Shown here: positions 8,030-18,239 of the stretch, piece after piece | How the letters are laid out: every line of letters begins with the position of its first letter | Numbering within the stretch: the first letter of the stretch is position 1 | Virus record (IMG/VR): IMGVR_UViG_3300043411_001021 | Coordinates: 1 to 52,155 of that record | Length of the DNA: 52,155 bases | Source: a virus | Taxonomy: Duplodnaviria; Caudoviricetes | Direction: 5' to 3' (one strand) | Position numbers and translations under genes: made by a program | Notes under the pieces: model-generated | Told to the model about the DNA's origin: nothing | Databases searched by the model: none | The model's input: the letters and a program-made list of their open reading frames with translations, nothing else

Positions 8030-8803
8030 ATGGGGGATATGTCAGATAGAAAAATTTGTGCTCTTTTTTATGGTAGAGCAAAAACAGGAAAAACTACGTT
8101 AGTAGATACAGCACCAGGCCCCCGTTTAATTTTAGATGCTGAAATGGGATCAGACTTTTTAACATCTGAACAAGTTATTTGGGATATTGAAAGTGGTGCA
8201 GAGTGCCCTACAGATTTAGATGAAGATACTACAGTTGTTATCTATGTTCACGAATACACCACTTTAAGTAAAGTATATGACTTCCTAGACACTGGTAAGC
8301 ATCCATTTAAAACAGTCATTATTGACTCTGTAACAGAGATCCAGCAGAGATGTTTAGATGATAAAGTTGGAACAGCAGCTATAAGGATACAGGATTGGGG
8401 AGAAATTAAACGTCAAATGAGTTTAAATATTCGTAATTTTAGGGATCTAAAAGCACACCCAACAAAGGCAGTTAATGTGCTTTTTGTTGCTACTTTAGAA
8501 GAAGTAAATAACCCTGATGGAAGCGTTAGATTAATTCCATACATGCAAGGTAGTGTTTCAAAAGAGCTTCCTTATGTAGTTGATGTAGTGGGACTTCTAT
8601 ATATTGACCGAGAAGATAATAAAACTCGTAAACTTTATGTTGGCACTAGATCCGACACAGACACTGGTGATAGAACTGGATATCTTTCTGAAGAAATTTC
8701 CAGTCCAGATGTGTTTGAAATTCTCAATACCATAGAAGCTGGAGCAATAAAAGCTAAAGCGGAACGTAAAGAAAAACGAGCTAAACTCTTAGCTAATAAA
8801 TAA
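8030..8803 (+). CDS. AAA_24 / Sak4-like ATPase (ssDNA annealing/recombination)
   Basis: YGRAKTGKTT Walker A, ILDAEMG, VIIDSVTE Walker B, QDWG. Confidence 0.85.
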   Translation: MGDMSDRKICALFYGRAKTGKTTLVDTAPGPRLILDAEMGSDFLTSEQVIWDIESGAECPTDLDEDTTVVIYVHEYTTLSKVYDFLDTGKHPFKTVIIDSVTEIQQRCLDDKVGTAAIRIQDWGEIKRQMSLNIRNFRDLKAHPTKAVNVLFVATLEEVNNPDGSVRLIPYMQGSVSKELPYVVDVVGLLYIDREDNKTRKLYVGTRSDTDTGDRTGYLSEEISSPDVFEILNTIEAGAIKAKAERKEKRAKLLANK

Positions 8804-8830
8804 TAAAATAAAGAAAAGGAAGAGGAAAAA

Positions 8831-9298
8831 ATGGCAAACATCTCATTTGCGGATATCTTGACAGAAAGCGATATTAAACTCGCAGAAGAACAAGTTGAAT
8901 TTAAACTACTAGATGCTGGCGAATACGAATGTGAAATCGTAAAAGCAGAAATTGGTATGTCAAAAGCGGGAAATACTAAAATTACTTTAACATTAGAATT
9001 AGAGGGTAGTAACCGAAAATTGTGGTACATTTTAAACTTTTCTGATAACGAGAAGAGTCGTGCAATGACTATGCGAACATTAAAAGGTATTGGACTAGAT
9101 GCTAAAGATCTAATTGCTTCTAAAGCAGATCCAGAAGCTGTTTTTGTCGGTAAAAGAGTAAAAGCTACGGTTGAACAAAGTACTTATGAGGGTAAAACTC
9201 GCAACAATGTTAAGTGGATAAACCCTATTAGCGGTGTTGACTACACAACAGACCTGGTAGCAGCTCCTAGTACGACACCGCCAGCTTCGCCCTTTTAA
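8831..9298 (+). CDS. DUF669-like single-stranded DNA-binding protein
   Basis: AGEYECEIVKAE..SKAGN, YEGKTRNNV, C-terminal PF; follows AAA_24. Confidence 0.8.
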   Translation: MANISFADILTESDIKLAEEQVEFKLLDAGEYECEIVKAEIGMSKAGNTKITLTLELEGSNRKLWYILNFSDNEKSRAMTMRTLKGIGLDAKDLIASKADPEAVFVGKRVKATVEQSTYEGKTRNNVKWINPISGVDYTTDLVAAPSTTPPASPF

Positions 9299-9313
9299 TT
9301 TTAAATTAAAAAA

Positions 9314-9634
9314 ATGACAGAAGAATATATAGAATCTAGTGCCATATATCTAATTAGCGATGCAAGAATGGAACTTGTTGATTTGTATGTGGGGGACGCT
9401 ACAAAACCATATAATTACATGGAAATGGCACTAGAGTATTCATATGTAGATAATGAGGGTGAGACAATGACTTGCCCTCTTCCTCCTCTATGCATGGACT
9501 TAGATATGTTAATTGAGATGAGCGCTTTAATCTCTAGAGCAATGGTGCGCCTAGAGGATGCTAATCCTATTGATATCGTAGGTTGGGCTGAGAATGATAT
9601 AGAGCCTGGTGCGCATGGCCAAGACGATGATTGA
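9314..9634 (+). CDS. Hypothetical acidic protein
   Basis: ORF in operon. Confidence 0.7.
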   Translation: MTEEYIESSAIYLISDARMELVDLYVGDATKPYNYMEMALEYSYVDNEGETMTCPLPPLCMDLDMLIEMSALISRAMVRLEDANPIDIVGWAENDIEPGAHGQDDD

Positions 9635-9902
9635 TAACACTTTTATTGAAAATAGATTAAAATATGTACTACGAAATACTTGGAGAGCGTACATCCCGTT
9701 TACTAATATATACTTAAATGTTACTAAAGAAGATAAAGATTTATTTTCTATAGAAGTATTTTTCTATATAGGCGATGTAAAATACAATCATGGATACACA
9801 GTGAGTGGGAGAGAAGTTAGAACTTTCAAACAAGAGTATTGGAAAAACTTAGCAGACCAATTAGTTGTTGGTGTGATGAAACGCGCAGGATTCACACTTT
9901 AA
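9627..9902 (+). CDS. Hypothetical protein
   Basis: ORF overlapping the previous stop; start uncertain (9609-9627). Confidence 0.65.
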   Translation: MIDNTFIENRLKYVLRNTWRAYIPFTNIYLNVTKEDKDLFSIEVFFYIGDVKYNHGYTVSGREVRTFKQEYWKNLADQLVVGVMKRAGFTL

Positions 9903-10449
9903 TTATCTTTTTAAAAATCTTAGTAGGGTCAGAACCATCCTCATTTTTATACGAAGTTATTCTAGGACGATAATAAACATTGTCAGTCAATTTTATTTGT
10001 AAATGGTCTAACTCGGACTGATGCATATTTGCCGGAGAGATGCCTGTACGTGTTATATGTATAATTTGATTCTTCTCATTACCGTTTAATATCCATTGAA
10101 TTTCATTCATATATCGAACATCTGTAATTATAAAGTATTGCTGTTCCGTGCTCTCATCTGAAAAAATTAATTCCTGCATTGCCTCTATAAAAACTGTTGG
10201 TGCAATATGATACCTCAAGAGAGAGCCTACGCTTTGATATGCCTCACGTACCTCCATATTGCTCTTGTCTGTAGACAAGTCTGGGTAAAGCTTGTGTGTG
10301 AGGTCTTTAAGGGGCTGTGCAAACGATACTTGAGGAGCTAGTATGTCATGCTTTTCTCGTAAGTATTTTTGTAGTTGGTCCGCCACATAATTCTTACCTG
10401 CTTTTGCAAACCCACACATTCCATATATTATTGGATCTTTTTCTTTCAT
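9892..10449 (-). CDS. Deoxynucleoside monophosphate kinase
   Basis: GFAKAGK P-loop, SFAQPLK, REAYQSVG, ITDVRYMNE, HQSE. Confidence 0.88.
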   Translation of the reverse strand: MKEKDPIIYGMCGFAKAGKNYVADQLQKYLREKHDILAPQVSFAQPLKDLTHKLYPDLSTDKSNMEVREAYQSVGSLLRYHIAPTVFIEAMQELIFSDESTEQQYFIITDVRYMNEIQWILNGNEKNQIIHITRTGISPANMHQSELDHLQIKLTDNVYYRPRITSYKNEDGSDPTKIFKKIIKV

Positions 10450-10670
10450 ATAGTATCCTCATCAATTATGATAATGGATTCTTCCTCATCTAACGTGATA
10501 TCTTTTAGATAGCGCAATAATAATTTACCTTGCTCATAGACTTTATTATTTATGTCAGATAAATCAGAGGCATCTTCTACAAATAATCCCCCGGAATCAT
10601 TCACTGCTTGCCAGTAAATCTTCTCCGCAATCTCGCATATTCTAATTTCTTGTGAATCATTAAAGTCCAT
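10446..10670 (-). CDS. Hypothetical protein
   Basis: Coupled ORF. Confidence 0.7.
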   Translation of the reverse strand: MDFNDSQEIRICEIAEKIYWQAVNDSGGLFVEDASDLSDINNKVYEQGKLLLRYLKDITLDEEESIIIIDEDTI

Positions 10671-11574
10671 CCGTACCCCCTACGTATCTGGCGTTAACAT
10701 CATGTTTTGTATAGTTTCCTTTTAAGTAACCTTCTATGTCAGAACCATCATCACAAAGACCACATGCCTGTAAGAATGGACACTTCCAAGTACAATCTAC
10801 AGTAACATGAGGATATGCTGTACTATATGGATCATAACCATCGTCTAATTTATTTTTTAATTTTAAAATATCATTTGCAATAACACGAAGTCTTTTAGCG
10901 TAGTTATCGGTCTCTAACTCAGTGTGTCTAACAAATTCTCGTTGTATAATATTTGCAGCTCTAGTTGTTTTTACTTTTTTAAAAATATTCAACATTGCGC
11001 CAGATAGTCGGTCTTCATTGTTTTCTCTGTACAAAAGCATATAACCTAGTAGTTGTCCGTCTAGATGTGCAACTTGAATTGCTTGTGTTGGACTCTTATA
11101 AGTTTTATGGTCAACTACAAGTCGTGAACCATCACTTTCTCGCTCAACGACAGCATCCATTTTACCTCTAAAGATAATACCTTCATCTAATTGCATTGAG
11201 TATTCAGCCTCAGCAGCTACGTAATTTAGACCATAGTCAAGTCCTTCTTTTTCAACTTTATCCATGTAATAATCTACAAGAAAAAAACTACTTTTCCTAT
11301 CATCAGCATACTTTGCCATATCTCCGCCAGCACTAGCAACTAACGGCTCTTCTTTAGCATATATTGTTCTTATAGCTTCGCGTGGATTAACTCTCGCAGA
11401 TTCATCAGGAATGTACCAGCCCTCTAATGCTTCATGTATACGTGTACCATATGTTAAAGGCGTTGTCTGTTCTGAACCATCATCTTTTTTCTTTAATCCA
11501 AGATAATATGAGAAATACCAACGCCTAGGGCAGTCGAGGTATGTATTAATTTCACTGTTTGATAGATAAAGCAC
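10660..11574 (-). CDS. PD-(D/E)XK RecB/Cas4-like exonuclease
   Basis: [38 protein letters not shown]-terminal CTWKCPF...C. Confidence 0.9.
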   Translation of the reverse strand: MLYLSNSEINTYLDCPRRWYFSYYLGLKKKDDGSEQTTPLTYGTRIHEALEGWYIPDESARVNPREAIRTIYAKEEPLVASAGGDMAKYADDRKSSFFLVDYYMDKVEKEGLDYGLNYVAAEAEYSMQLDEGIIFRGKMDAVVERESDGSRLVVDHKTYKSPTQAIQVAHLDGQLLGYMLLYRENNEDRLSGAMLNIFKKVKTTRAANIIQREFVRHTELETDNYAKRLRVIANDILKLKNKLDDGYDPYSTAYPHVTVDCTWKCPFLQACGLCDDGSDIEGYLKGNYTKHDVNARYVGGTDGL

Positions 11575-12136
11575 GTTTCTCCTTAGCAGCTAAATAAGCC
11601 TTTGAAGCTTCCTCAGCCGTTTTAAAATTACCCAATGTTATAAGTTTTTTATTAATAGTAATACGCGCAACAAAACTATTTTCAGATGTTTGTCTCACAC
11701 CTGTAAATCCTGCTTTATTTGGAGGATATGTCTTATTTATAGATTGTTCTTCATTTGTTGCCCACCTGCAATTTTCAGGACAATAATCCCCATCGTTATC
11801 AATACGATCTAAACTTCTATTTTTAGGTATTGGCCCCATATCTTCTAAAAAATTAGGGAATCCTTTATCACCTAACCATCTATCGCATACTTTAATTCCA
11901 CGTCCACCATAACGGTAGTAATATTGTTGATTTTCATTTTTACATCTACTGACCATGGAATGCCATATATTATACGTATGTCTTTCATTTAAAAATGATC
12001 TATTTATTTTCATAATATTAGGATCACCATGTATATGATACCTTTGGTAATGCTTATTACAAAAACCCTTACAGTGTTTTTTAGACACACAACCTTCTAC
12101 AGAGCAGAAGTTATTTGATAGGAATATTTCTTCCAT
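11552..12136 (-). CDS. HNH-AP2 homing-endonuclease-like protein
   Basis: [33 protein letters not shown]-terminal AP2-like [10 protein letters not shown]. Confidence 0.88.
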   Translation of the reverse strand: MEEIFLSNNFCSVEGCVSKKHCKGFCNKHYQRYHIHGDPNIMKINRSFLNERHTYNIWHSMVSRCKNENQQYYYRYGGRGIKVCDRWLGDKGFPNFLEDMGPIPKNRSLDRIDNDGDYCPENCRWATNEEQSINKTYPPNKAGFTGVRQTSENSFVARITINKKLITLGNFKTAEEASKAYLAAKEKRALSIKQ

Positions 12137-12446
12137 ATTTTTCCTCTACCTGGCTCTTGTTCTTATGTATTTCGAGATAAGCTCTTTTTAATACGTTTTC
12201 AAAACTATGAAAATATGGCATTGATACACAATCTGTAAAGTATCTTTCACAAACATATCCATCTAACGAATATATAAAAAATGCAGGACCGCTTAGGAAT
12301 AAACCAATAATGTGTTTATCGTCTTTTGTGCCCCAAGTACCATTAATTCCGTCATATTGCTGGATGGAAATTTCTTTACAAACAAAATCTTCTAACTCAT
12401 ACTTATAAACCCAAGATGTATCTTGTTTACGTTTAAAGATCCCCAT
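12111..12446 (-). CDS. Hypothetical protein (leaderless)
   Basis: TTGCTT-17-TAAAGT promoter ends 6 nt before the ATG. Confidence 0.7.
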   Translation of the reverse strand: MGIFKRKQDTSWVYKYELEDFVCKEISIQQYDGINGTWGTKDDKHIIGLFLSGPAFFIYSLDGYVCERYFTDCVSMPYFHSFENVLKRAYLEIHKNKSQVEEKYGRNIPIK

Positions 12447-12483
12447 CGTATAACTTTACTTTATTTTAAATAAAAAAGCAAAC

Positions 12484-14139
12484 TTATTCAGTTATCCACC
12501 TGTATAACTCTTTTTGAGATTTTAATAGATTACTTAAATGTTCATCTCGATCATCTAATGCTTTGATAATTTTTTCTTCCATAGTATTCTCAGAGACTAG
12601 GTTAATTATATTAACACGATCTCCAACACTACCAATTCTGTGCACGCGATCACTAACTTGTGAGTATAGGACATTGCTCCAGGGTAGTTGAATAAACACT
12701 AAAGTGCTTGCAGCAGTTAGCGTTATACCCTCTGATCCAGCACTAGTCATTAATAATATATTTGCACGACCTTCTTGAAATGCTTGTATGTTATATTCTC
12801 GTTCTTGTGTACTTTGATCTCCAGTTATTAGTACAACTTTATAATCTAATTTTCTCAGTTTATCTGCACAAAGATTAATTAGTTTTTTACTTGAAGCAAA
12901 ACCAACAAAGGGTTGTCCACCCATCTCTTCTGCTAGTTCAATTACAGCATCTATTTTACAAGATGGTGTGCGTAATATAACTTCATCGTCTATAACCTCT
13001 AAAGTAGCTGCAGCTGCTTGTGACAACCTTGCAGACGCTGTTAGTGGTGAAGTGGCAATGATATATTCACCCTCATCTGTCTTAATGATCATATCATCTA
13101 GCATGGCTTTGTACTGTTTCAATTGTTTACCAGCTAATGGTATGTAGCGTGTACTATAAGTTTTAGGAGGTAAATCTGGTAGTACATCTTCTTTTACAAC
13201 AAAGTCTAAGTATAAGTCTACAATCTCATCAAATAATTCTCGCCTGTGTGGTTTTATGCCTACAATATCTAGACCTCCCCAAAACGAGATTGATGTTTGA
13301 CAAAACATATCAATGAATTTAGATTTAGAAGTCCATATAGAAGGTTCAAAATAGTTAAGTAAACTCCAGAAATCAGCTGGGGTGTCTCTAATTGGTGTGG
13401 CAGATAACGCCCAACGATATTTGATACTTTCACTACGAGCTAATTCTTTAACACATCGCGTACCTTTAGCCTTGGCATTAATAATTCTTTGACACTCATC
13501 TACAATTATGACTTTAAAATTCTTCTCATTTAGAGCACTGTTTTTACGATCTACAGGTAGTGACCCATAACGACCTACGTAAGATAGTGAAGCAAGTGAT
13601 TCATAGTTTATAATATAAACATCAGCGTCTAGTGATAAATCTTTTTTGCGTTTAGAAGCAGTTCCTTCAAGAGCTATAACATTTAAATGTGGTGCCCACT
13701 TCTCGAACTCATTCTTCCAAGTTCTTTTTAAAGTATTAGGACAAACTACAAGCGCTGGGAACGAATCTACTTCACAGAGAGAGCGGATTGCAGTGGCAGT
13801 TTTTCCTGTACCTGCTGGATAAGCGAGGATGGCATTTTCCGCATTGATGAGCCAATTTGATCCTCGTATTTGGTGTTGTAAAAATCTTCCGGAAATAGTG
13901 TTAGTTGCTCTATCTTTACGGTTTTTGTGTTCATTTATTCCCCATTGTCTAATACCTTCTGAGTAATCAAGTTTACCACCACAAAGAGCCTTTAACTGTA
14001 AGACCATAGCTAAACTTTTCTCAGAAATGAAACTATCTCCCGACCTGCGTAAACCTCCGACGAGACTTAAAAGATCTGCTTCACGAGGTGTATATTTTAT
14101 TAAAAACTCAGAGCCATCCTCTGTTAAATCTAGATACAT
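12484..14139 (-). CDS. SNF2-family helicase
   Basis: GTGKT, DECQ, LSATP, EGITLTAA, QVSDRVHRIG. Confidence 0.92.
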   Translation of the reverse strand: MYLDLTEDGSEFLIKYTPREADLLSLVGGLRRSGDSFISEKSLAMVLQLKALCGGKLDYSEGIRQWGINEHKNRKDRATNTISGRFLQHQIRGSNWLINAENAILAYPAGTGKTATAIRSLCEVDSFPALVVCPNTLKRTWKNEFEKWAPHLNVIALEGTASKRKKDLSLDADVYIINYESLASLSYVGRYGSLPVDRKNSALNEKNFKVIIVDECQRIINAKAKGTRCVKELARSESIKYRWALSATPIRDTPADFWSLLNYFEPSIWTSKSKFIDMFCQTSISFWGGLDIVGIKPHRRELFDEIVDLYLDFVVKEDVLPDLPPKTYSTRYIPLAGKQLKQYKAMLDDMIIKTDEGEYIIATSPLTASARLSQAAAATLEVIDDEVILRTPSCKIDAVIELAEEMGGQPFVGFASSKKLINLCADKLRKLDYKVVLITGDQSTQEREYNIQAFQEGRANILLMTSAGSEGITLTAASTLVFIQLPWSNVLYSQVSDRVHRIGSVGDRVNIINLVSENTMEEKIIKALDDRDEHLSNLLKSQKELYRWITE

Positions 14140-14292
14140 TTAACTAGTAAACCCAGTTCTATATATTTTATCATTTTCTTTCTTTTTAAATGAAAAACTT
14201 TCTACTTCTTCACCTGTAGCTGTTTTTATGTATTTTATTTCATACTCACCTAAACCAAGATCAGGCATGTCTTTTTTGATGTCTTTTTCCAT
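14140..14292 (-). CDS. Small hypothetical protein (50 aa)
   Basis: Manual translation MEKDIKKDMPDLGLGEY...RTGFTS*; SD AAGGG; abuts the helicase start. Confidence 0.6.
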   Translation of the reverse strand: MEKDIKKDMPDLGLGEYEIKYIKTATGEEVESFSFKKKENDKIYRTGFTS

Positions 14293-14304
14293 ATTTTTTC
14301 CCTT

Positions 14305-14595
14305 TTATTCACTTAATTCTTTACAAACATAACGATAGTATTCCCAGATATTACGATTACGAGGATGTGGTCCTGCTGATAGTATACCTTCTTGTGGGTC
14401 AATCCAAAATTCACCATCACCTAGTAAGAGCAGTTCTTCCATCATATTGAGAAATTTTAAATTAAAATTTTCTTTACATTGTATAGAAAGATCGTACCAA
14501 CAACTTACTTCATTTTCTTCATATTTAACATTAGGAAAATACTTCTCAATAATATCTTCTTCAAATTCGTGGAATCTATACTTAATGTAGCTCAT
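14305..14595 (-). CDS. Hypothetical protein
   Basis: ORF in operon. Confidence 0.7.
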   Translation of the reverse strand: MSYIKYRFHEFEEDIIEKYFPNVKYEENEVSCWYDLSIQCKENFNLKFLNMMEELLLLGDGEFWIDPQEGILSAGPHPRNRNIWEYYRYVCKELSE

Positions 14596-14598
14596 TTT

Positions 14599-15042
14599 TT
14601 ATTTTAAAATCTCTTTCGGATAATTTTTAAAATAATATAATATTGCGTGTCTCGCGGAATCTTTTGCGTGACCTTCTCCTGGAAACCAACAACCATATTC
14701 TTTTAATTTTTTATTATCTACAAAATTCTTTGCTTCTGATGGTGATTGTAATACAAATTCAATTCCTTGTCTAGTGCAAAGATAATCACAAACTCCAATT
14801 ATTCTAAGTGACCAAGCAAGCCCAACACTTTTCTTTGCAGTTTGTCCTGTGATAAAAAAGTTTTCACAAACAAGTACAGAATATTTACCAGTCATCACAA
14901 GTTCTTCTAATTTAAAATAAATTTCAGGATAATCAATTTCCATTCCAACAAAATTACCAGGAGAACCTATAGTAACTCCACTTTTTCGGCCTGGGTCACA
15001 TGCTATTATTTCCACGACAAATCCAATCTGAGTATAGGTCAT
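14599..15042 (-). CDS. RuvC-like Holliday junction resolvase
   Basis: IIACDPG..SG, VCENF, QSPSEAK, HAKDSARH; true start possibly the GTG near 15015. Confidence 0.75.
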   Translation of the reverse strand: MTYTQIGFVVEIIACDPGRKSGVTIGSPGNFVGMEIDYPEIYFKLEELVMTGKYSVLVCENFFITGQTAKKSVGLAWSLRIIGVCDYLCTRQGIEFVLQSPSEAKNFVDNKKLKEYGCWFPGEGHAKDSARHAILYYFKNYPKEILK

Positions 15043-15352
15043 TATCTAATAAGAAGTTACAGAATGATTGAAGCGAACTCGTATCTCGCAATTTTTCTCT
15101 AGTACTTTGTTGTAATGCTCTTTTAGGTTTTTCAATAGCTTCTAGCTCGATACATTCTTTTAACATATCTAAAGCTTCTTTTTCATCTATAAATAAATGT
15201 ATTTCAGTTACAAAAGGTGTGCACCTTCCTTGTCCGTAAAAAGCGTATTCCCAAACACATAGACGACTGTCATACACTGCTTGTTTTATGATTCGTTTTT
15301 CACATTTACGACCATCAACATAAAAAACTTCTTGTCCAAGACTATATTTCAT
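14996..15352 (-). CDS. Hypothetical protein
   Basis: ORF with SD GGAG. Confidence 0.7.
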   Translation of the reverse strand: MKYSLGQEVFYVDGRKCEKRIIKQAVYDSRLCVWEYAFYGQGRCTPFVTEIHLFIDEKEALDMLKECIELEAIEKPKRALQQSTREKLRDTSSLQSFCNFLLDNDLYSDWICRGNNSM

Positions 15353-16118
15353 TTGTTGAATCTCCGTTCACATAATAACCTAAGTATTTTAACTCAGCTT
15401 CTTTTCGAGCAGTTACTGCGTCTTCATAAGTGTGGTATGTTTTGTGTAAAACTTCTTTTTTATTAATTTGTAATCTAGCTACCCATCGACCTTTCCCGCG
15501 ACAAGATGATTTATCCCAATACACTCCAGGTGTTTTATTATTATCTCTTCTATTAACAGCTTGCTCATTTTTTGTTGCCCACCTGCAATTAGCTTCCCAA
15601 CCCTCAGCAATACACTCAGAACAATGTCCACAACTATAATTCATATCATTATCTATACGATCTATAGAGTATTTAGAAGACGGTCTTTCTCCCATGTCAT
15701 TTTTCCAATTTGGAAATCCTTCAAGACCCAACCAATACTGACAAACTTTTATACCTCGTCCTCCCCAATTATCATAATTTGGGTTTGAGATACTATAGCA
15801 TCTTGACTTCATACATTTATAAGTCATATAAAGAGGATCTTTTTTTCTACCTTCATTCATGGCTATTTGCATAAAGTGAGGATCTCCAGATCTTTTCCAT
15901 CTACGATAGTGTATGCTACAAAAACCTTTTGGGAAAGACACTATACCTTTTCCGTTTGTTACACCACCATGTTTACAATTTTCTATAGAACATTGAGTAG
16001 GTGGTATATAATTTAATGAATCAATCTCACCACTTTTTCTTTTCTCTCGGTAATGTTTTTTACAATAGCCTTGCGCTACATGTTTTTCACTACACTTAGG
16101 TATTTCACAAATTCTCAT
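15342..16118 (-). CDS. HNH-AP2 homing-endonuclease-like protein
   Basis: Two CxxxxC..C.xHY modules, [16 protein letters not shown]...NCRWAT, AP2-like tail. Confidence 0.88.
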   Translation of the reverse strand: MRICEIPKCSEKHVAQGYCKKHYREKRKSGEIDSLNYIPPTQCSIENCKHGGVTNGKGIVSFPKGFCSIHYRRWKRSGDPHFMQIAMNEGRKKDPLYMTYKCMKSRCYSISNPNYDNWGGRGIKVCQYWLGLEGFPNWKNDMGERPSSKYSIDRIDNDMNYSCGHCSECIAEGWEANCRWATKNEQAVNRRDNNKTPGVYWDKSSCRGKGRWVARLQINKKEVLHKTYHTYEDAVTARKEAELKYLGYYVNGDSTNEI

Positions 16119-17887
16119 TATTTACTATCCGCCCAATTATCAGCAAGCGTACCTGCTTCCACAGTTAATGGTACAGCGTATGTGTCACGATCAGTCATAA
16201 TTTCCATCATAGCATTTTGTATTTCAACTGCATCTTCTTTTGGAAGAGACATGACCAGCTCGTCGTGAATTGGTAAGTGTACGTATTTCATATAACCTGC
16301 AGCTTGTAACCGAATCATAGTTCTCTTTAACTCCTCTGCCGCTGTACCCTGAACCACGTGATTCCCCAGCTTAAATTCAGATCCTTGGTCTACAACAAAC
16401 TTTCGCCCCGATCTTAAACGTAACCAGGCCTCTCCATCACGAGTATAATTATCTTCCGCAGTTTTTATAATTTTCTTTGTAAACTTTCCAATCATTGGAA
16501 AAGTTTCCTCATAGGTATCATAAACAAGTTTGGCTTCATCGTAAGTAATTTTTGCAGTCTCACTAAATTTCTTAATTCCAGCTCCGTACACGCGTGAGAA
16601 TGACGCGTTCTTACCTATAGTCCTCTGTTCTTTTGTTATGCTTTCTGTATTGTAAATCCTCTTAGCTAAGTAACTATGTAAATCTACACCATCTTTAAAA
16701 AGATTTATCATTGTTGTGTCACCAGAAAGTGAAGCTACTATTCTTAATTCAATGGCCGAAAAGTCGATTGATTGAAATAAGCAGCCTTCATCTGGGATAA
16801 ATGCTCTTCTAACAATATCTCCTCTACTTAAAGTTTGTAATGCAGGTGCGACAATCGAACTTCTACCTGTGACTGCCTTACATGTATTAATACTTGCGTG
16901 AATTCTTCCCTCTCTACTTTGCTCAATGAAGTTTAAAAAATAAGTATTACTTAGTTTAACTGCTTTCTTATAATTATAAATAGTATTAATCAAAGGATGT
17001 GCATCTTTGAATCTTTCAATTGTTTCAATGTCAAAAGATAAGTTTCCTCCGGCAGTTCTTTTATCTAAAGGAACACCGTCTCTAACTAATATTTTTGTAA
17101 TTTGTTGTGCTGAACCAGGACTAACACCATACTCATTAAAAACATATTCTTTAACTTCGCTAGAATATTTTGTTAATTCATCATATTTTTGATTGCAATA
17201 ATCCAAATCAACACGAATACCCTTTAACTCCATATCAATAGCAATCATTAAAGTAGCCATTTCTAACTCATAAACTTCTTCATAACCTTCACTAACAACT
17301 CTAGGTGCATAGATTTCATATAACATCGCAGTTGCAATTGTATCTAAAATTCCGTAAAACCAATAAGCTTCAAATTCAATAGGTACTGTACCCCAAGTCC
17401 ATTTATTTTTCTTCATTGCTTCGTCTAGAGCTTTTTGTCCCACTACCATTCTAGGATCTACATGTTTAGCAATAAGAGGTTTTAAACCATGACTATGTAC
17501 ATCATGATTCATCAACCTACTCATTATCATTGTGTCATGTATTCGTTCTCTAGGAAGTCGCATACCAAGATTACGCTCTAAGAATTTAATATCAAAAGCA
17601 GCATTGTGAAAAACATAATCACCTTCATAAGTATTAAATACCTCGTGTACTATGCCTGACCATTTATCCCACTCAAAAGCAAAGCCAGCTTGAGTGTCCC
17701 CGAATTGCACTAGTCGTAATTTATCAGAAATAAAAGAAAGACCACTAGTCTCAGTATCAACAGCAAGAATTAATCTATCCTTACTTAACCATGTGAAGAA
17801 ATTTTGTAAGTCTGAATAACTTTCAACTAATGTAGTTTTTAAATCTGGTATTACATTAGTCAATGTGGTTTTTGTGGAAGATGTCAT
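16118..17887 (-). CDS. polA: DNA polymerase I family A (3'-5' exonuclease + polymerase)
   Basis: VDTETSGL, FHNAAFD, DFSAIELR (motif A), RTIGKNASFSRVYG (motif B), IHDEL (motif C); start chosen at MTSSTK (track start 17920). Confidence 0.95.
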   Translation of the reverse strand: MTSSTKTTLTNVIPDLKTTLVESYSDLQNFFTWLSKDRLILAVDTETSGLSFISDKLRLVQFGDTQAGFAFEWDKWSGIVHEVFNTYEGDYVFHNAAFDIKFLERNLGMRLPRERIHDTMIMSRLMNHDVHSHGLKPLIAKHVDPRMVVGQKALDEAMKKNKWTWGTVPIEFEAYWFYGILDTIATAMLYEIYAPRVVSEGYEEVYELEMATLMIAIDMELKGIRVDLDYCNQKYDELTKYSSEVKEYVFNEYGVSPGSAQQITKILVRDGVPLDKRTAGGNLSFDIETIERFKDAHPLINTIYNYKKAVKLSNTYFLNFIEQSREGRIHASINTCKAVTGRSSIVAPALQTLSRGDIVRRAFIPDEGCLFQSIDFSAIELRIVASLSGDTTMINLFKDGVDLHSYLAKRIYNTESITKEQRTIGKNASFSRVYGAGIKKFSETAKITYDEAKLVYDTYEETFPMIGKFTKKIIKTAEDNYTRDGEAWLRLRSGRKFVVDQGSEFKLGNHVVQGTAAEELKRTMIRLQAAGYMKYVHLPIHDELVMSLPKEDAVEIQNAMMEIMTDRDTYAVPLTVEAGTLADNWADSK

Positions 17888-18215
17888 AGAGTCCTTTGTC
17901 GTTATCAGCAGCAGCAGCAAGAGCGTCTTCTGCGGTATGTGTTAAGTATATATTTCCTTCTCTGTTTTTAAATTTGAGGGCATCTAAAACACCTGAAGGG
18001 GTGGTTGCTTCAATAATATTTGTTTTCTGTTTTTCAGAAGGTATTTTGGATTTACCATAAATTACGATCACGTATTTACCACCAACTGTGCGATAAATTT
18101 CATATTCAGTCCAACGATCTTGTGATGCACTACGTCTTGAACTTGTTGTTGATAATATATCCCCCTCAAACGTAGTTGAAGATCGTCCTTTAAAAATTTC
18201 GTATTCTTGAGTCAT
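17856..18215 (-). CDS. Hypothetical phage protein
   Basis: RWTEYEIYRT..GKYV motif; SD AGGA. Confidence 0.75.
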   Translation of the reverse strand: MTQEYEIFKGRSSTTFEGDILSTTSSRRSASQDRWTEYEIYRTVGGKYVIVIYGKSKIPSEKQKTNIIEATTPSGVLDALKFKNREGNIYLTHTAEDALAAAADNDKGLYDIFHKNHID

Positions 18216-18239
18216 TTTTTCCTATTTCTTATTTTTATT

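Noticed and set aside
16118-17887. Intein, intron or unusual residue-762 variant in PolA
   Set aside because: The ORF is continuous and of normal size; motif B has the standard Phe (KNASF)
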